A stretch of DNA of 64,000 bases, taken from assembly GCA_951406725.2 (NCBI GenBank), contig OX597814.1, positions 87,048,001-87,112,000 of the forward strand. The letters are read 5' to 3'. This DNA is from Octopus vulgaris (taxonomy: Eukaryota). The translations under genes and the position numbers were made by a program. The notes beneath the pieces were generated by a model. The model was not told the DNA's origin, did no database searches, and saw nothing but the letters and a program-made list of their open reading frames with translations. Below are positions 23,800-35,175 of the stretch, piece after piece. The first letter of the stretch is position 1. Each line of letters starts with the position of its first letter.

Positions 23800-24880
23800 A
23801 AGTTACTTGGCAACCTCACTTATACCAGAGGCATGAAAAAACACCCAATACACACTGTAAAGTGGTTGGTGCTGCGAAGGGCATCCAGCTGTCAAAATCA
23901 TGCCAAAGCTTATGTTGCAGCATGATTGAGCTCTGTGGCTTGCTAGATCTTGTTATCATTTAACAGATGTTAAATGACAATGATGATTCTTCATTTGGAC
24001 TACAATTATCAATTCATCATCATCATCATTTAACGTCTGTTGTCCATGTTGGCATGGGTTGGATGGTTTGACTGGGCTGGCATGCTGGAAGGCTGCACTA
24101 GACTCCAGTCTGATTTGGCATGGTTTTCTATGGCTAGATGCCCTTCCTAATGCCAACCACTCTGAGAGTGTAATGGGCGCTTTTATGTGCCACCAGCATG
24201 GGTGCCAGTTTGTTTGACACTAATATCTGCCATGTCTGCAATTTTGCTCGACTTGATGGGTCTTCTTCTTAAGCATGACATAATGTCAAAGGTCTTGGTC
24301 ATTGCCTCCTTGAAGCCTAATGCTCGAAAGGAATGCAACCACTTTGCCTCTGTCAGGCCCAGTGCTCGAGAGGAACTCAGCTACTTTGCCTATGTGAGGC
24401 ACAATGCTCAAAAGGAACTCAGCTACTTTGCCTCTGTAAGGCCCAACGTTAAAAAAATTGTCTATATGTGCCACCAGCATGGGTGCGCTTGGCTTGACGG
24501 GTCCTCTCAAGCACAGCATGTCGCCAAAGGTCTCAGTCACCTGTCATTGCCTCTGTGAGGCTTAAAGTTTGAAGATCATGCTTCACCACCTCATCCCATG
24601 TCTTCCTATGTCTATCTCTATCACAGAAGTGTTGAAACTGCTCCTTCTGGTGGTGTAAAGCACTTGTGGCAGAGCTGTGAAAAGTACCCATGTAGTGACC
24701 TGTGTGGCATCACATAAAAGCATCCATGTAGCATCACATAAAAGTGCCTGTCTGGTGCCATGTAAAAGCACCCAGCACACTCTGTAAAGTGGTTGGCACT
24801 TGGAAGGGCATCCTGCCATAGAAAGCATGCCAAATCAGCCTGGTGCAACTTGCCAGCTCCGGTCACAGTTTCAACCCATG
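23800..24880. mobile_element. Cluster of RTE 3'-end copies (+ 23800-23950, - 24015-24610, + 24650-24880)
   Basis: Repeated matches to the RTE 3' UTR in alternating orientation, with an internal 42-bp x4 tandem at ~24300-24450. Confidence 0.75.
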
Positions 24881-25312
24881 ATAATGTAACCTTCATATAA
24901 TTCAGCCTGATAAGTAGCTTGCTGAGTACCCCTCTTTGAGTAATTATTACATCGGAGGATCTGCTTGCTAGGAAACATATGTAGTCTGGATTTTTCCTGT
25001 TTCTCTCTCTCAATTTGGATTTTTATTGGCATTCATAGCAACTCAAGTTGCTAACTGCAAGCTATAAAAACTTTTTTTTAACTTATTGAACTTTGAAATG
25101 CGAAAAGCCTACCACCTTTAGTGCCAACAAATTATTGTTCCTGAACATTTTTTATACCTACATGAGTACTTGGAGCTTCGAAACTTTCTACACTTCAATT
25201 CTTGATCTTATAATCACACACACACACGTGTGTGTGTGTATATATATATATGTATCATCATCATCATTATATAACGTCCACCTTCTATGCATACATATAT
25301 GTACATATATAC

Positions 25313-25348
<36 letters not shown>

Positions 25349-25486
25349 TCATCATCATTGTTTAACATCCATTTTCCACGCTAGCATGGGTTGGAAGGTT
25401 CGACCAGGGTCTGGGAAGCCAGGAGGCTGCACCAGGCTCCAGTTTGATATATATATATATATCCATTCATATAAACATATACATAC

Positions 25487-26225
25487 AATGACTAGTGACC
25501 GAGACCTTTGGAAATATGCCGTACGTGAGAAGACCAGGCAAACCAAATGAAACCATAACCTCATGGCCTATGCCAGGGGTGTAACCAGCCCACTTATGCG
25601 TACCTTTTCCTCCTTTGGACACTAAAACTCTGCTTGTGAAGACCTGTTGAGGCAAGTGAAATCAATCAACCAATCAAAAGCAAAATCAAATTCGATGACT
25701 GGCGTCCGTGCTAGCAGGGTGCAAAGAGTACCATACGAGTGTGATTACTGCCAGCAGCTAACCGACTATCGTGCCAGTGGCACTTAAAGGGCACCATTTG
25801 AGCATGATCATTACCAGCGTCGCCTTACTAGCACTTGTGCCCATGCTAGTAGGGTGCCAAGAGCACCATCCGAGCATGATCGTTGCCAGAGCAGCCAACT
25901 GGCTTCCGTGCCAGTGGGCACATAAAAGGGCGCCATTCGAGCATGATCGTTACCAAAATCGCCTTCTGGCACCTGTGCTGGTGGCATGTATAAAAGGATT
26001 TGAGTGAGGTCGTTGCCAGTACTGCCTGACTGGCCCCTGTGCCGGTGGTATGTAAAAGCACCCACTACACTCTCGGAGTGGTTGGCGTTAGGAAGGGCAT
26101 CCAGCTGTAGAAACTCTGCTAAATCAAGACTGGAGCCTGGTGCAGCCATCTGGCTTGCCAGCCCTCAGTCAAAATCGTCCAACCCATGCTAGCATGGAAA
26201 GCGGACGTTAAACAATGATGATGAT
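25487..26225 (+). mobile_element. RTE LINE: ORF2 C-terminus plus complete repeat-rich 3' UTR
   Basis: MTSDRDLWKYAVREKTRQTK*, about six ~65-nt internal repeats, (GAT)n tail. Confidence 0.85.
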
Positions 26226-26238
26226 ACATACATATATA

Positions 26239-27499
26239 CAAGGTTTGGACAAAATAATGGAAACACCTAACACCATAGCATCATAATTTTGAAATATCTA
26301 TAAAACCATCAAAAGTTTCTTTATTTTTATGTTTTTGATTTATTATTAATGTTGCTTAATATGTTTTGCTAAAATTACAGCTTCTTTTCAGATATCATTA
26401 GAAAAAGGTAATTAAAATTCATAAAAATGTCAGATCTATTTGACTTTCAAAGAGGTCAAATTGTTGATGCTTGTATGGCAGGTGCTAGCGTAATGAAAAC
26501 AGCTGAAATGTTTGGTGTATCAAAAGGTACTGTCCCGAAAGTAATGACAGCCTTTGAGAAAGAGGGAAAAACTTCCTCGTCAAAACAGAACTCTGAAAGA
26601 AAACCAAAACTTTCAGATAGGGACTGTTGGACTCTTAAACAATTTGTAAGAAATGATCACAAAAGTACAGCTCCCACAATTACTGCAGAGCTTAATGACC
26701 ACTTTGAGAACCTAGTTTCCACAAAAACTGTTCGCTGAGACAAAGCCAGATTTCACAGGAAGGCTGCAATCAGAAAACCACTACTTTCAAAAACAAACGT
26801 TGCACAGTGTTTAGAGTGGAGTAAAAACCTACAGAATTGGTCCCCAGAGCAGTGGAAGAATGTTATTTTCTTGGATGAGTCATCCTTTACCCTATTTCCG
26901 GCTGAGTATATGTGTTGAGACAGCCAAAAGAAACATTTGACCCAGACTGCCTTCTTCCAAGTGTTAAACATGGAGAAGGATCTGTGATGTTCTGGGGGGG
27001 CTATATCTTGGAAATCCGCTGGCCCAATGGTTTCCCTTCATGGCAGAATTAATAGTCAAAACTATTTAAGCATTTTACCTGATCAAATTCATCCTATGGT
27101 TGCAGAACTGTTTCTGGAGGAAACACAAATTTTCAGGATGATAATGCACCAATTCACACAGCCAAAGTTGTTACTGAATGGCACGAGGAACATTCTAGTG
27201 ATGTTGAACATCTTATCTAGTTACCACAGTCCCCAGATCTCAATATTATTGAACATTTATGGTACATTTCAGAAAAATAAGTAAGGAGTCAATATCCTCC
27301 ACCATCATCACTACAAGGATTGGAGACTGTTTTAGTTGAAGAATGGATAAAAATTCCTTTGGGAACAATTCAAACTTTGTATGAGGCCATACCTCATAGA
27401 ATTCAAGCTGTAATTACTGCCAAAGGTGGTCCTACCCCATATTAAAATAAATTTGTTTGAAATTTTAAGGTGTTTCCATTATTTTGCCCAACCCCTTTG
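26239..27499 (+). mobile_element. Full-length decayed Tc1-family transposon (DD36E)
   Basis: TA-flanked TIRs caaggtttggacaaaataatggaaacacc / ggtgtttccattattttgcccaacccctttg. MSDLFDFQRGQIV..., FLDESSF, QDDNAPIH, SPDLNIIE, AKGGPTPY*, with stops and frameshifts. Confidence 0.93.
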
Positions 27500-27509
27500 T
27501 ATACATACA

Positions 27510-27545
<36 letters not shown>

Positions 27546-27718
27546 TATATATAAAAAATATGATAAAATCTTTAAAAGAATTTATCAAGTAGTCAGTGTG
27601 AAAAGCCTCATAAGGGAAAATTTTAAAATTTTCCCCTTTAAATATATTTATTTATATTAAGGGAATTACTATGCAGAATCTCTCATAGCATGTATAGTAA
27701 TACTATGTATAGTAATGC

Positions 27719-27776
<58 letters not shown>

Positions 27777-28929
27777 GTATATATATAAATATATACCTAA
27801 ATACAAATATATATGTACACACACATATGTATGTAGTAATAGTAATAATAAAAATATATATCTATGTATATATATATGTATGTGTGCATATACATACACA
27901 CATACATACATATATATTTTTTATTATTACTAGGTCTATACCCATTGCTAAGCTGCCTGCAAAAATATTTCTTAATCATGCATGTATCTTCTTTTAATAG
28001 TAGACTTTTATATAATGGAAGTTGCATTAGTTACTATGGTAAGAACAGTCAACCTATCTATCTTTCACACACACACACACACACACATACACACACACAC
28101 ACACACTCTCACTCTCACTCACTGTATTTCTCTCTTAAAAACAACAATCTATTTTTTCTTAAAACAAATTTTAATTCTAACTTTCACTTTCTCTCTCTCT
28201 CTTTCTCCCTTTCTCTCTCTCACTCTCTCACTGAATTTCTGTCTCAACAACAACAGCCTGTCATTATAGTGAAAGTCTTTCTTTGAAGTATGTGTTGCAT
28301 TGCTTTGTCTCTATGGTGAAAAACATACAGAAACACACACACTCACACACAAACAGTCAAAATATTAACTATTTACATTGTTATATAATGAAAGTCTTTT
28401 CTTTTGAAGCTGTGCTGTGTTGACAGACTTGCACGTAAAATTCCTATGTTTTTAATCAAAACTTGTTAGTGACAATACTACCGACCTATCTACTTACCTA
28501 CCTACCTACCTACCTACCTAACTATCTATCTATCCATCTATCATCTTTCTTTCTTTCTTTCTTTCACACTGTCTTTTTCTGTCAACAACTTTTCACCTCC
28601 CTTTCTTCTCAAAATACATTGCGATGTATATTTTGAGTCCTCCCCTTCTTTCACTCCCTCTAATAAATGTTGTGACGGATAGACAGACAGACAAAGATCT
28701 AATTCTCATGAGACAACAAGTTAGAAGTTCAAGTTGGTGTATAACTAGGGTATCACATTTTTGGTTTTGCACAGAGTATTGTTCTAGAGAATGTCAGTCA
28801 AAGCATAAGAAAATTAGAAGTTTGTTTTAAAAGTAATTTGGTGATAAGATAATAATGTGATCTGAAGATGGCAGTAAAAGGTGTCTGCTATTTTGTACAT
28901 TTAAAAGTACTTTTGACAATGTTTAACGA

Positions 28930-29366
28930 TTAAGATGTTTTTGGAATTACACATATAATATTTTTTGTAGGCTATAAGCAGTTTCCATGAGTACTATTTT
29001 AAAAATTTCTTCCATTTTTGTATTTTCTGGTATCTGAGATAGGTAGCAATCAGCCCCTTTTTGCTATCATTCCTAGGGCACCTATGACAACAGGTATTGT
29101 TTTAGTCTTGAGGTTCCAGATTTTGCCAATTTCTATTTCAAGGTCTTTATATTTGCTCAGTTTTTGGTAGGTCTTGACAGATACATTTATATCAATTGGG
29201 ACAGTCATATTGATGAGGAAGCATGATTTCTGTCTAGAATCCTTCAATATAATGTCTGGCCTATTTGCATCTATCTTTCTGTCAGCTTGAACATTGAAGT
29301 TCCAAGGGAAAGAGCTGTGATCATTTTCAAGCACTGGAGATGGTTTATGTCCCCACCAGTTTTTTA
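28930..29366 (-). mobile_element. R4/Dong-like non-LTR retrotransposon 3' fragment (restriction-like endonuclease)
   Basis: NRPDIILKD...LINMTVP...KLSKYKDLEIEI..IW...IPVVIGALG. The truncated 5' end abuts a (TAA)n tract. Confidence 0.85.
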
Positions 29367-29367
29367 A

Positions 29368-29409
<42 letters not shown>

Positions 29410-29412
29410 CAT

Positions 29413-29593
29413 GGTACTGAGCTGGTAGAATCATTAGCACACTGGGTGAAATGCTTAGCGATATTTCATCCGTCTTAACATTCTGAGTTCAAATTCTGCC
29501 AAGGTCGACCTTGCCTTTCATCCTTTCTGGGTTGATTAAATAAGTACCAGTTGTCCCTCAAATTTCAGGCCTTGTGCCTTTAGTAGAAAGGAT
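29413..29593 (+). mobile_element. SINE family A
   Basis: A/B boxes and gcctttcatccttt centre, with an internal deletion. Confidence 0.8.
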
Positions 29594-29594
29594 T

Positions 29595-31323
29595 CATCAT
29601 CATCATCGTTTAACGTCCATTTTCCGCGCTAGCACAGGTTGGACGGTTTGACCGGGGTCTGGGAAGCCAGGAGCTGCACCAGACTCCAGTCCAAACTGGC
29701 AGTGTTTCTACAGCTGGATGCCCTTCCTAATGCCAACCACTCCGTGAGTGTAGTGGGTGCCTTTTACGTGCCAGGGTAGTCTGGCATCGGCCACGATCGG
29801 TTGGTGCTTTTAACGTGCCACCAGCACGGAAGCCAGCCAAGGCGGCGCTGGCATTGGCCACGTTCAGATGGTGCTTTTTATGTGCCACTGGCACAGGTAT
29901 CACAACTACTATTTCCATTGATATTTGTTTCGATGTTCATGTTCATGTACTTGACTCAACAGGTCTCCTCAAGCACAGCGGGATGTTCTGGGATCCAAGG
30001 TACTTTGAATGGGCAGGGGCTATGCGGAACTGGTGCAGGAAGCAGCCCGGGTCTTTGCAGTCACAGCACATCTCCAGAGATCTCGGTCCTTCGCCATTGC
30101 CTCAGTGAGGCCCAACGCTCTGAGGTCATGCTTGACTACCTCTTCCCATGTCTTCCTGGGTCTACCTCGCCCTGATTCCTTCAACTGTTTGGGAGCGGCA
30201 CTTCTTCACACATCTCTCCTCATCCATCCGCAGTACATGACCATACCATCGCAAGCGTCGCTCTTGCTTCTTATGTCCAGCATTTCTCTCAGGGTGCTTA
30301 CACTCTGTCATGCATGCACACTGACATTACACATCCAGCGGATCATGCTAGCTTCATTTCTTTCAAGTCTACGCATGTCCTCTGCAGTCATGGCCCATGT
30401 TTCACTACTGTGAAGCATGGCAGTTCGCACACATGCATCATACAATCTACCTTTCACTCTGAGTGAGAGACCCTTTGTCGCCAATAGGGGTAGGAGCTTT
30501 CTAAACTTTGCCCAGGCTATTCGTATTCTAGTGGTGACACTCTCTGAGCATCCACCTCTACTACTAACTTGGTCACCCAGGTAGCGGAAACTATCGACTA
30601 CTTCTAGTTTCTCCCCCTGGAGTGTGATGGAATCTGTTTTCTGAGTATTTGTGGTGTCTATTGTCCCTGTGCATCTGCCGCACATGAAAGCTATCTTATC
30701 AGTTAATTTCCCTTTGATGTTGCTGCACCTCTTATGCGTCCATAGCTTACACTGGGTGCATCTTATGGAGTTTCTACCTACACCTTTCCTACAGATCGAG
30801 CAGGGCCACCTGCCCGATGGGGTGTGTGCTGAGTTTGCCTTTCTGCTTACTATAACTTTGGTCTTTGCTACATTTACTCTAAGGCCCTTTGATTCTAACC
30901 CTTGTTTCCACACCCGAAATTTCTTTACTAGTTCCGGTAGTGATTCTGCTATGAGAGCCAGGTCATCAGCATAGAGGAGCTCCCAGGGGCAACCTGTTTT
31001 GAATTCCTCTGTTATTGCCTGGAGGACTATGATGAATAAAAGGGGACTGAGGGCTGAGCCTTGGTGTACACCTACTTCTACCCGGAATTCTTTACTATAT
31101 TCGTTGCCAATCCTAACCTTGCTGACAGCCTCTCTGCATAGGGCCTGTACAGCCCTTATTAGCCATTCGTCAATCTCCAGTTTCCGCATCGACCACCAGA
31201 TAAGGGATCGGGGGACCCTGTCAAAGGCTTTCTCCAAGTCCACAAAAGCTATGTAGTGGGGTTTATCTTTAGCTAGGTACTTCTCCTGCAGTTGTCGGAC
31301 CAGGAATATAGCATCAGTGGTGC
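29595..31323 (-). mobile_element. 5'-truncated RTE-clade LINE (RT + PHD-like finger + 3' UTR)
   Basis: FVDLEKAFDRVPR, GVHQGSALSPLLF, LLYADDL, FRYLG, RIRIAWAKF, KGRLYDACVR. 311-aa open stretch, 3' UTR and (GAT)n tail. Confidence 0.95.
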
Positions 31324-31361
<38 letters not shown>

Positions 31362-31454
31362 CATTATTATAATTAATATTATTATTATTATTATCATCAT
31401 CATCATCATCATCATTATCATTTTGTCCATCCTTGTTGATGATAATCAAAGACA

Positions 31455-31615
31455 TTACACAGGAGAAGAGGGGGCACAGTGTGTCTGGCTGTAGCCAATC
31501 AGTCTGATGCAGGCTGAGAAGGCTCTGCTGCAGGTTGGGCACTGGTCTGTTGGGACTGAAGGCAAGGTGTTGGCTCTGATCTTGTGTAGTTCATGTTCTC
31601 TTTGCGACTCTGTAA
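31455..31615 (-). mobile_element. RTE-BovB-like ORF2 terminal C2H2 fragment
   Basis: QCPTCSRAFSACIRLIGYSQTH resembles the CxxC..F...GL.SH.RTH end of BovB-like ORF2. Confidence 0.6.
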
Positions 31616-31700
31616 TCTGTAAGCACACATAAATATACATACATACATACATACATACATACATACACACGAGTGTATACCATATACATTTTATTAACAG

Positions 31701-31790
31701 AATATACTGTTCACTCTACTGATGAAATAAAAGTTGATACTGAAGGGTTGGAAAATAGCATTGGTGATCCTGATGAACAACTATTAGCAG
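31701..31790 (+). CDS. DNAH10: DNAH10 exon 2 (acidic, poorly conserved)
   Basis: ttattaacag| ... CAG|gtaagt. 90 nt, phase 1-1, open frame EYTVHSTDEIKVDTEGLENSIGDPDEQLLA. Confidence 0.72.
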
Positions 31791-32270
31791 GTAAGTGCCA
31801 TTTTCATGTTGGTCTTAATTTTTATCCATGTCATTTTTCTTATGAATTTTACTCCTATTTCTAAGCTAGGGTTCACTTTTTAAAAATTTATAAGCTGTTA
31901 CTCTTTTTAGTCGAAGCATATGAAAAATTTTTATCAGTATTATACAAAATCAAATTCTAAACCCAAAGCCTACCTTCTGAATGCTTATATTATATCTTTA
32001 ATTATTTTCTATATAGGATAGAGGTACCTATTGTCTTTTAAAACTTTCTAAATTCAGTAATAGGGTAAAGTAAGTAAGCTTAATGGTATTAATATTTAAT
32101 TTGATAAAACGCAGGTATCAATTTGTAGGAGAATTTTCTATTGAATGGTTACTTTTATACTATATTCTTTCATACTCTTCAAGAGCAACACAAGCCATGT
32201 TGCTCTAACTAATCTCAAAAGATCTGCAGAGACAATGGGCATAACCTCTTCCTCCAGAACAAACTAAAAA

Positions 32271-33270
32271 TAACAAGAGCACTCAGAGAGTGCAAACCTC
32301 TGCCAAGGCAAGCACCAATGTTCTCTCAACGATTAGCGGGAGATGATTTTTAAAATGAGAATATCTGAAATAAACTCAACTGCTCTCACAAATGAGAATA
32401 CTAAAAATGAACCTGACTGCTCTCAAGAATTAAGTAAAAAAAAACGGAAAAATAATCCAGAATCCTTGTCCAGTACATGATTGATCCCAGTGGTAGTCAT
32501 GGAATGTGAAGGTGGGTGTGTGTGCCGTATTGTAATGCTCTGTGTGTGTCATCTGCATTGGGAACAGGGACAGTTTTCTCTATGAAGGCCTCTTTTAATC
32601 TATCCACTGATATAGTGTCTTTACGACCATTAAGGTCTATAGTGAAAAATTTACCTGTGCGTGAAAAGAAATGGGAAAGATCTGCATACGGTGCTTTTAA
32701 TGGTGGTTTAACAGCATCGTTGCACACAAAAACGTGAGTCCAAGAAGTAAACCTTCCTTCAAGGGAGAGTTAGAAATGCAATTGTAAAGTAGTTAAGAGG
32801 TATTTAAACAGGAGCGACATATTCAAAATTGGTAAATCTAAAAATTGGTGAGGATAAAGTAAATTTATTATTGCTACTGAATATGTTAGTGTTATTTAAT
32901 TTCTGAACGGTTTTGCTGCTGTTTGTTTATGTAGTTTGATTTCTTTATCCATCAGTTTCTACTAAGATAGAAATGCAAGTAAAATTAATAATAGAGAAAC
33001 GAAAAATAAAACTTTGGAAATAGCAACCATGCTATAACTTACATGGAAACTCAAGGGAGATAATCAGAGAAAGACAAATAATCCAGAATCCTTTGTCTGG
33101 TACCGGATTGATCCCCAAATCTTATCAGTTTGTGTCAGTCATGAGACCAAACATCCCTGAAAGTTTCATTCAAATCTATCCAGTGGTTCTTGAGATATCT
33201 TGTCCACGGACAAACAAACAAACAAGCACAACTGAAAACAGTACCTCCACCTTCGCTAAGGCGGAGGTAA
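32271..33270 (+). mobile_element. Helentron-associated (DINE-1/HINE-like) non-autonomous element
   Basis: 5' aacaagagcactcagagag..acctctgcc, internal aagtttcattcaaatc, (ACAA)n, and 3' palindrome acctccacctt-cgct-aaggcggaggt. Confidence 0.6.
32497..32745 (-). mobile_element. Gypsy/Ty3 integrase C-terminal fragment
   Basis: THVFVCNDAVKPPLKAPY...RTGKFFTIDLNGRKDTISVDRLKEAF (GPY/F-type region). Confidence 0.8.
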
Positions 33271-34405
33271 TAATAATGCATGGTGTGTAGAGGAAAATTT
33301 GACAATGTAGAGAACGACTGTATGTAAAGGAGTTGGTGATAGAAATGTCTCCTTTTAAACGCCACATGGTTGCCCTTACAAAAGAAGATTGCCAAATATG
33401 TGGTATAAAGAATATGAGTGCCAGTAAAGAATAAAGAGAAAAACACAACCGTTCTACTGCTTGAGAGAAAGATAGACTTTTATCTACAGATATGTACATT
33501 GTGATAAGAGCGTGTGTGAGTGCTAGCAGAGTGTAGTGTCTGAGTGCATGCAACAAGTGTGTCTGTGTGTCTTTTGTAAGTGCAATGATCGTGCATGCAA
33601 CAAGTGTTTGTGTCTGTGTGTTCATGTGGTTTATAAGAGTGAACATAAAGAACAAATAGAGAACAAATAGAAACGTCTAGACACAAGATGGAGATAAATA
33701 CTAGTTCGTACAGGTACACAATAGCAGTTTGTTCTGTGTCAATGAAGTTGGGGCAAAGAGGAGAGCGGTTACTACATGTGTAGAAGTTGGGGCTTCGATC
33801 CATTTGCCAGGTTACATTGGTACAGATCTCGCAGGTAGTGCTGGACTGTTAACCTTGGTGAATATACTCAAACAGCATGTAAGCTAAACCTGAGCGAGTT
33901 GCTGTGTACGTATCAGAGTTGCTGGAGACGACATGAAGTTGAAGGGTGATGATAAGCTAAGGCATATCTCAGAGAGCGTGGATACATTCCACCAATGCTA
34001 CAACAACATTTGAGTTGGTCCTCTTCACAACGGACCAGCATATGTAACTGAATTTGGAAAACACTAAGATATTACAGGTTGTTTTGAACAAGCACCTTTT
34101 GCTCCCTGAATGATTTTTTAAGGCATCTGGAAATATATAACAACCATTTTATGCTATAAGTAATTTCATTTGAAAAATCAGAGAACAAATCAGTGTTGAA
34201 ATCCTGAACTATCTAGATTTGGGCATCAATTTGAGTTTGTAGAATTAGAATTAGATCCTCTCGCATAATGTACTTTACCTATCAATGTACTTAATGTTGT
34301 TGCTGTGTAATGCCAGTAATTTTTGCTTGAGGAAGGAAGAGATTCATTGACAGAAACATTGCAACAAGTTTTGGTAATTGTAAATCCTTTTTCTTTTGCT
34401 GAAAG

Positions 34406-34497
34406 AATTGGAAAAAGAGGACAAAAGTGAAGAATCAACCAGTAAAATGGATATTCATGGTGCAGAATATCTGGAGGAAGAAACAAAATCTCAGTCA
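34406..34497 (+). CDS. DNAH10: DNAH10 exon 3 (acidic linker)
   Basis: ttcttttgctgaaag| ... TCA|gtgagt. 92 nt, phase 1-0, which is the phase needed between exons 2 and 4. ELEKEDKSEESTSKMDIHGAEYLEEETKSQS. Confidence 0.65.
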
Positions 34498-34572
34498 GTG
34501 AGTAACCAGAAAATCTGTTCTTCATAATTTAGTTTTTGTCCTTATTGTCATCTTTATTATCATTTTCACTGA

Positions 34573-34793
34573 AGGTGGTGAGCTGGCAGAATTGTTAGCA
34601 TGCCAAATAAAGTGCTAAGCAGCATTTTATCTGTCTTTATATTCTGAGTTCAAATTCCACTGAAGTTGACTTTGCCTTTCATCCTTTCAAATTTGATAAG
34701 ATAAGTACCAATCAAGTACTGGGGTTGATGTAACTGACTTCCTCCTCCCCACAAAATCTGCTGGCCCTGTGCCAAAATTTGAAATCATTATCA
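34573..34793 (+). mobile_element. SINE family A
   Basis: Full-length copy 75 bp downstream of exon 3. Confidence 0.82.
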
Positions 34794-34974
34794 TAATTTT
34801 CACTTTAATGTACTTGATCTTCTCAGTCTTGATCATCTAACTGTGAAGTTCACTGTTCTCACATTTGATCTTAATCATTTCCATATAGACATTTCTTAAA
34901 CTACTTCTACCTCCGGTACCTTCCATTGTCAGTTTATAACATTATGATATTATTTCTTTTACCAACCCCCAACC

Positions 34975-35175
34975 ACCTTCTCCCCGTCTCCCTCCTCCTC
35001 TCCTCCTCTTCCTCTTCCCCCTCTCCCCCTCCTTCTCCCTCTCCTCCTCCTCCTCCCTCCATCTCCTCCTCCCCTTCTCCCTTCTCTGCATCTCCTCCCC
35101 TTCTCTCCATCTCCTCCCCTTCTCTCCATCTCCTCCTCCTCTCTCCATCTCCTCCACCTCCCTCTCCTCCTCCTG
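34975..35175. repeat. ~200-bp polypyrimidine (CCT-rich) tract
   Basis: Almost pure C/T. It is the source of spurious Pro/Ser and Arg/Gly/Glu ORFs. Confidence 0.9.

Noticed and set aside
25700-26070. CRISPR-like or known-ribozyme reading of the regularly spaced repeats
   Set aside because: Eukaryotic LINE UTR, the spacers are homologous to each other and there are no cas genes. No hammerhead CUGANGA/GAAA core or convincing HDV fold was found by eye.
28030-28043. X-box-like GTTACTATGGTAAG in intron 1
   Set aside because: Lacks the terminal C of the RGYAAC half-site and lies among simple repeats.
27669-28286. Overlapping Tyr/Ile/His/Thr ORFs
   Set aside because: Products of (TA)n, (TATG)n and (CA)n microsatellites.
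33286-34040. Possible solo LTR (TGT start, short tggtcc/ggacca inverted repeat at the end)
   Set aside because: No TSD, partner LTR or clear primer-binding site could be established.
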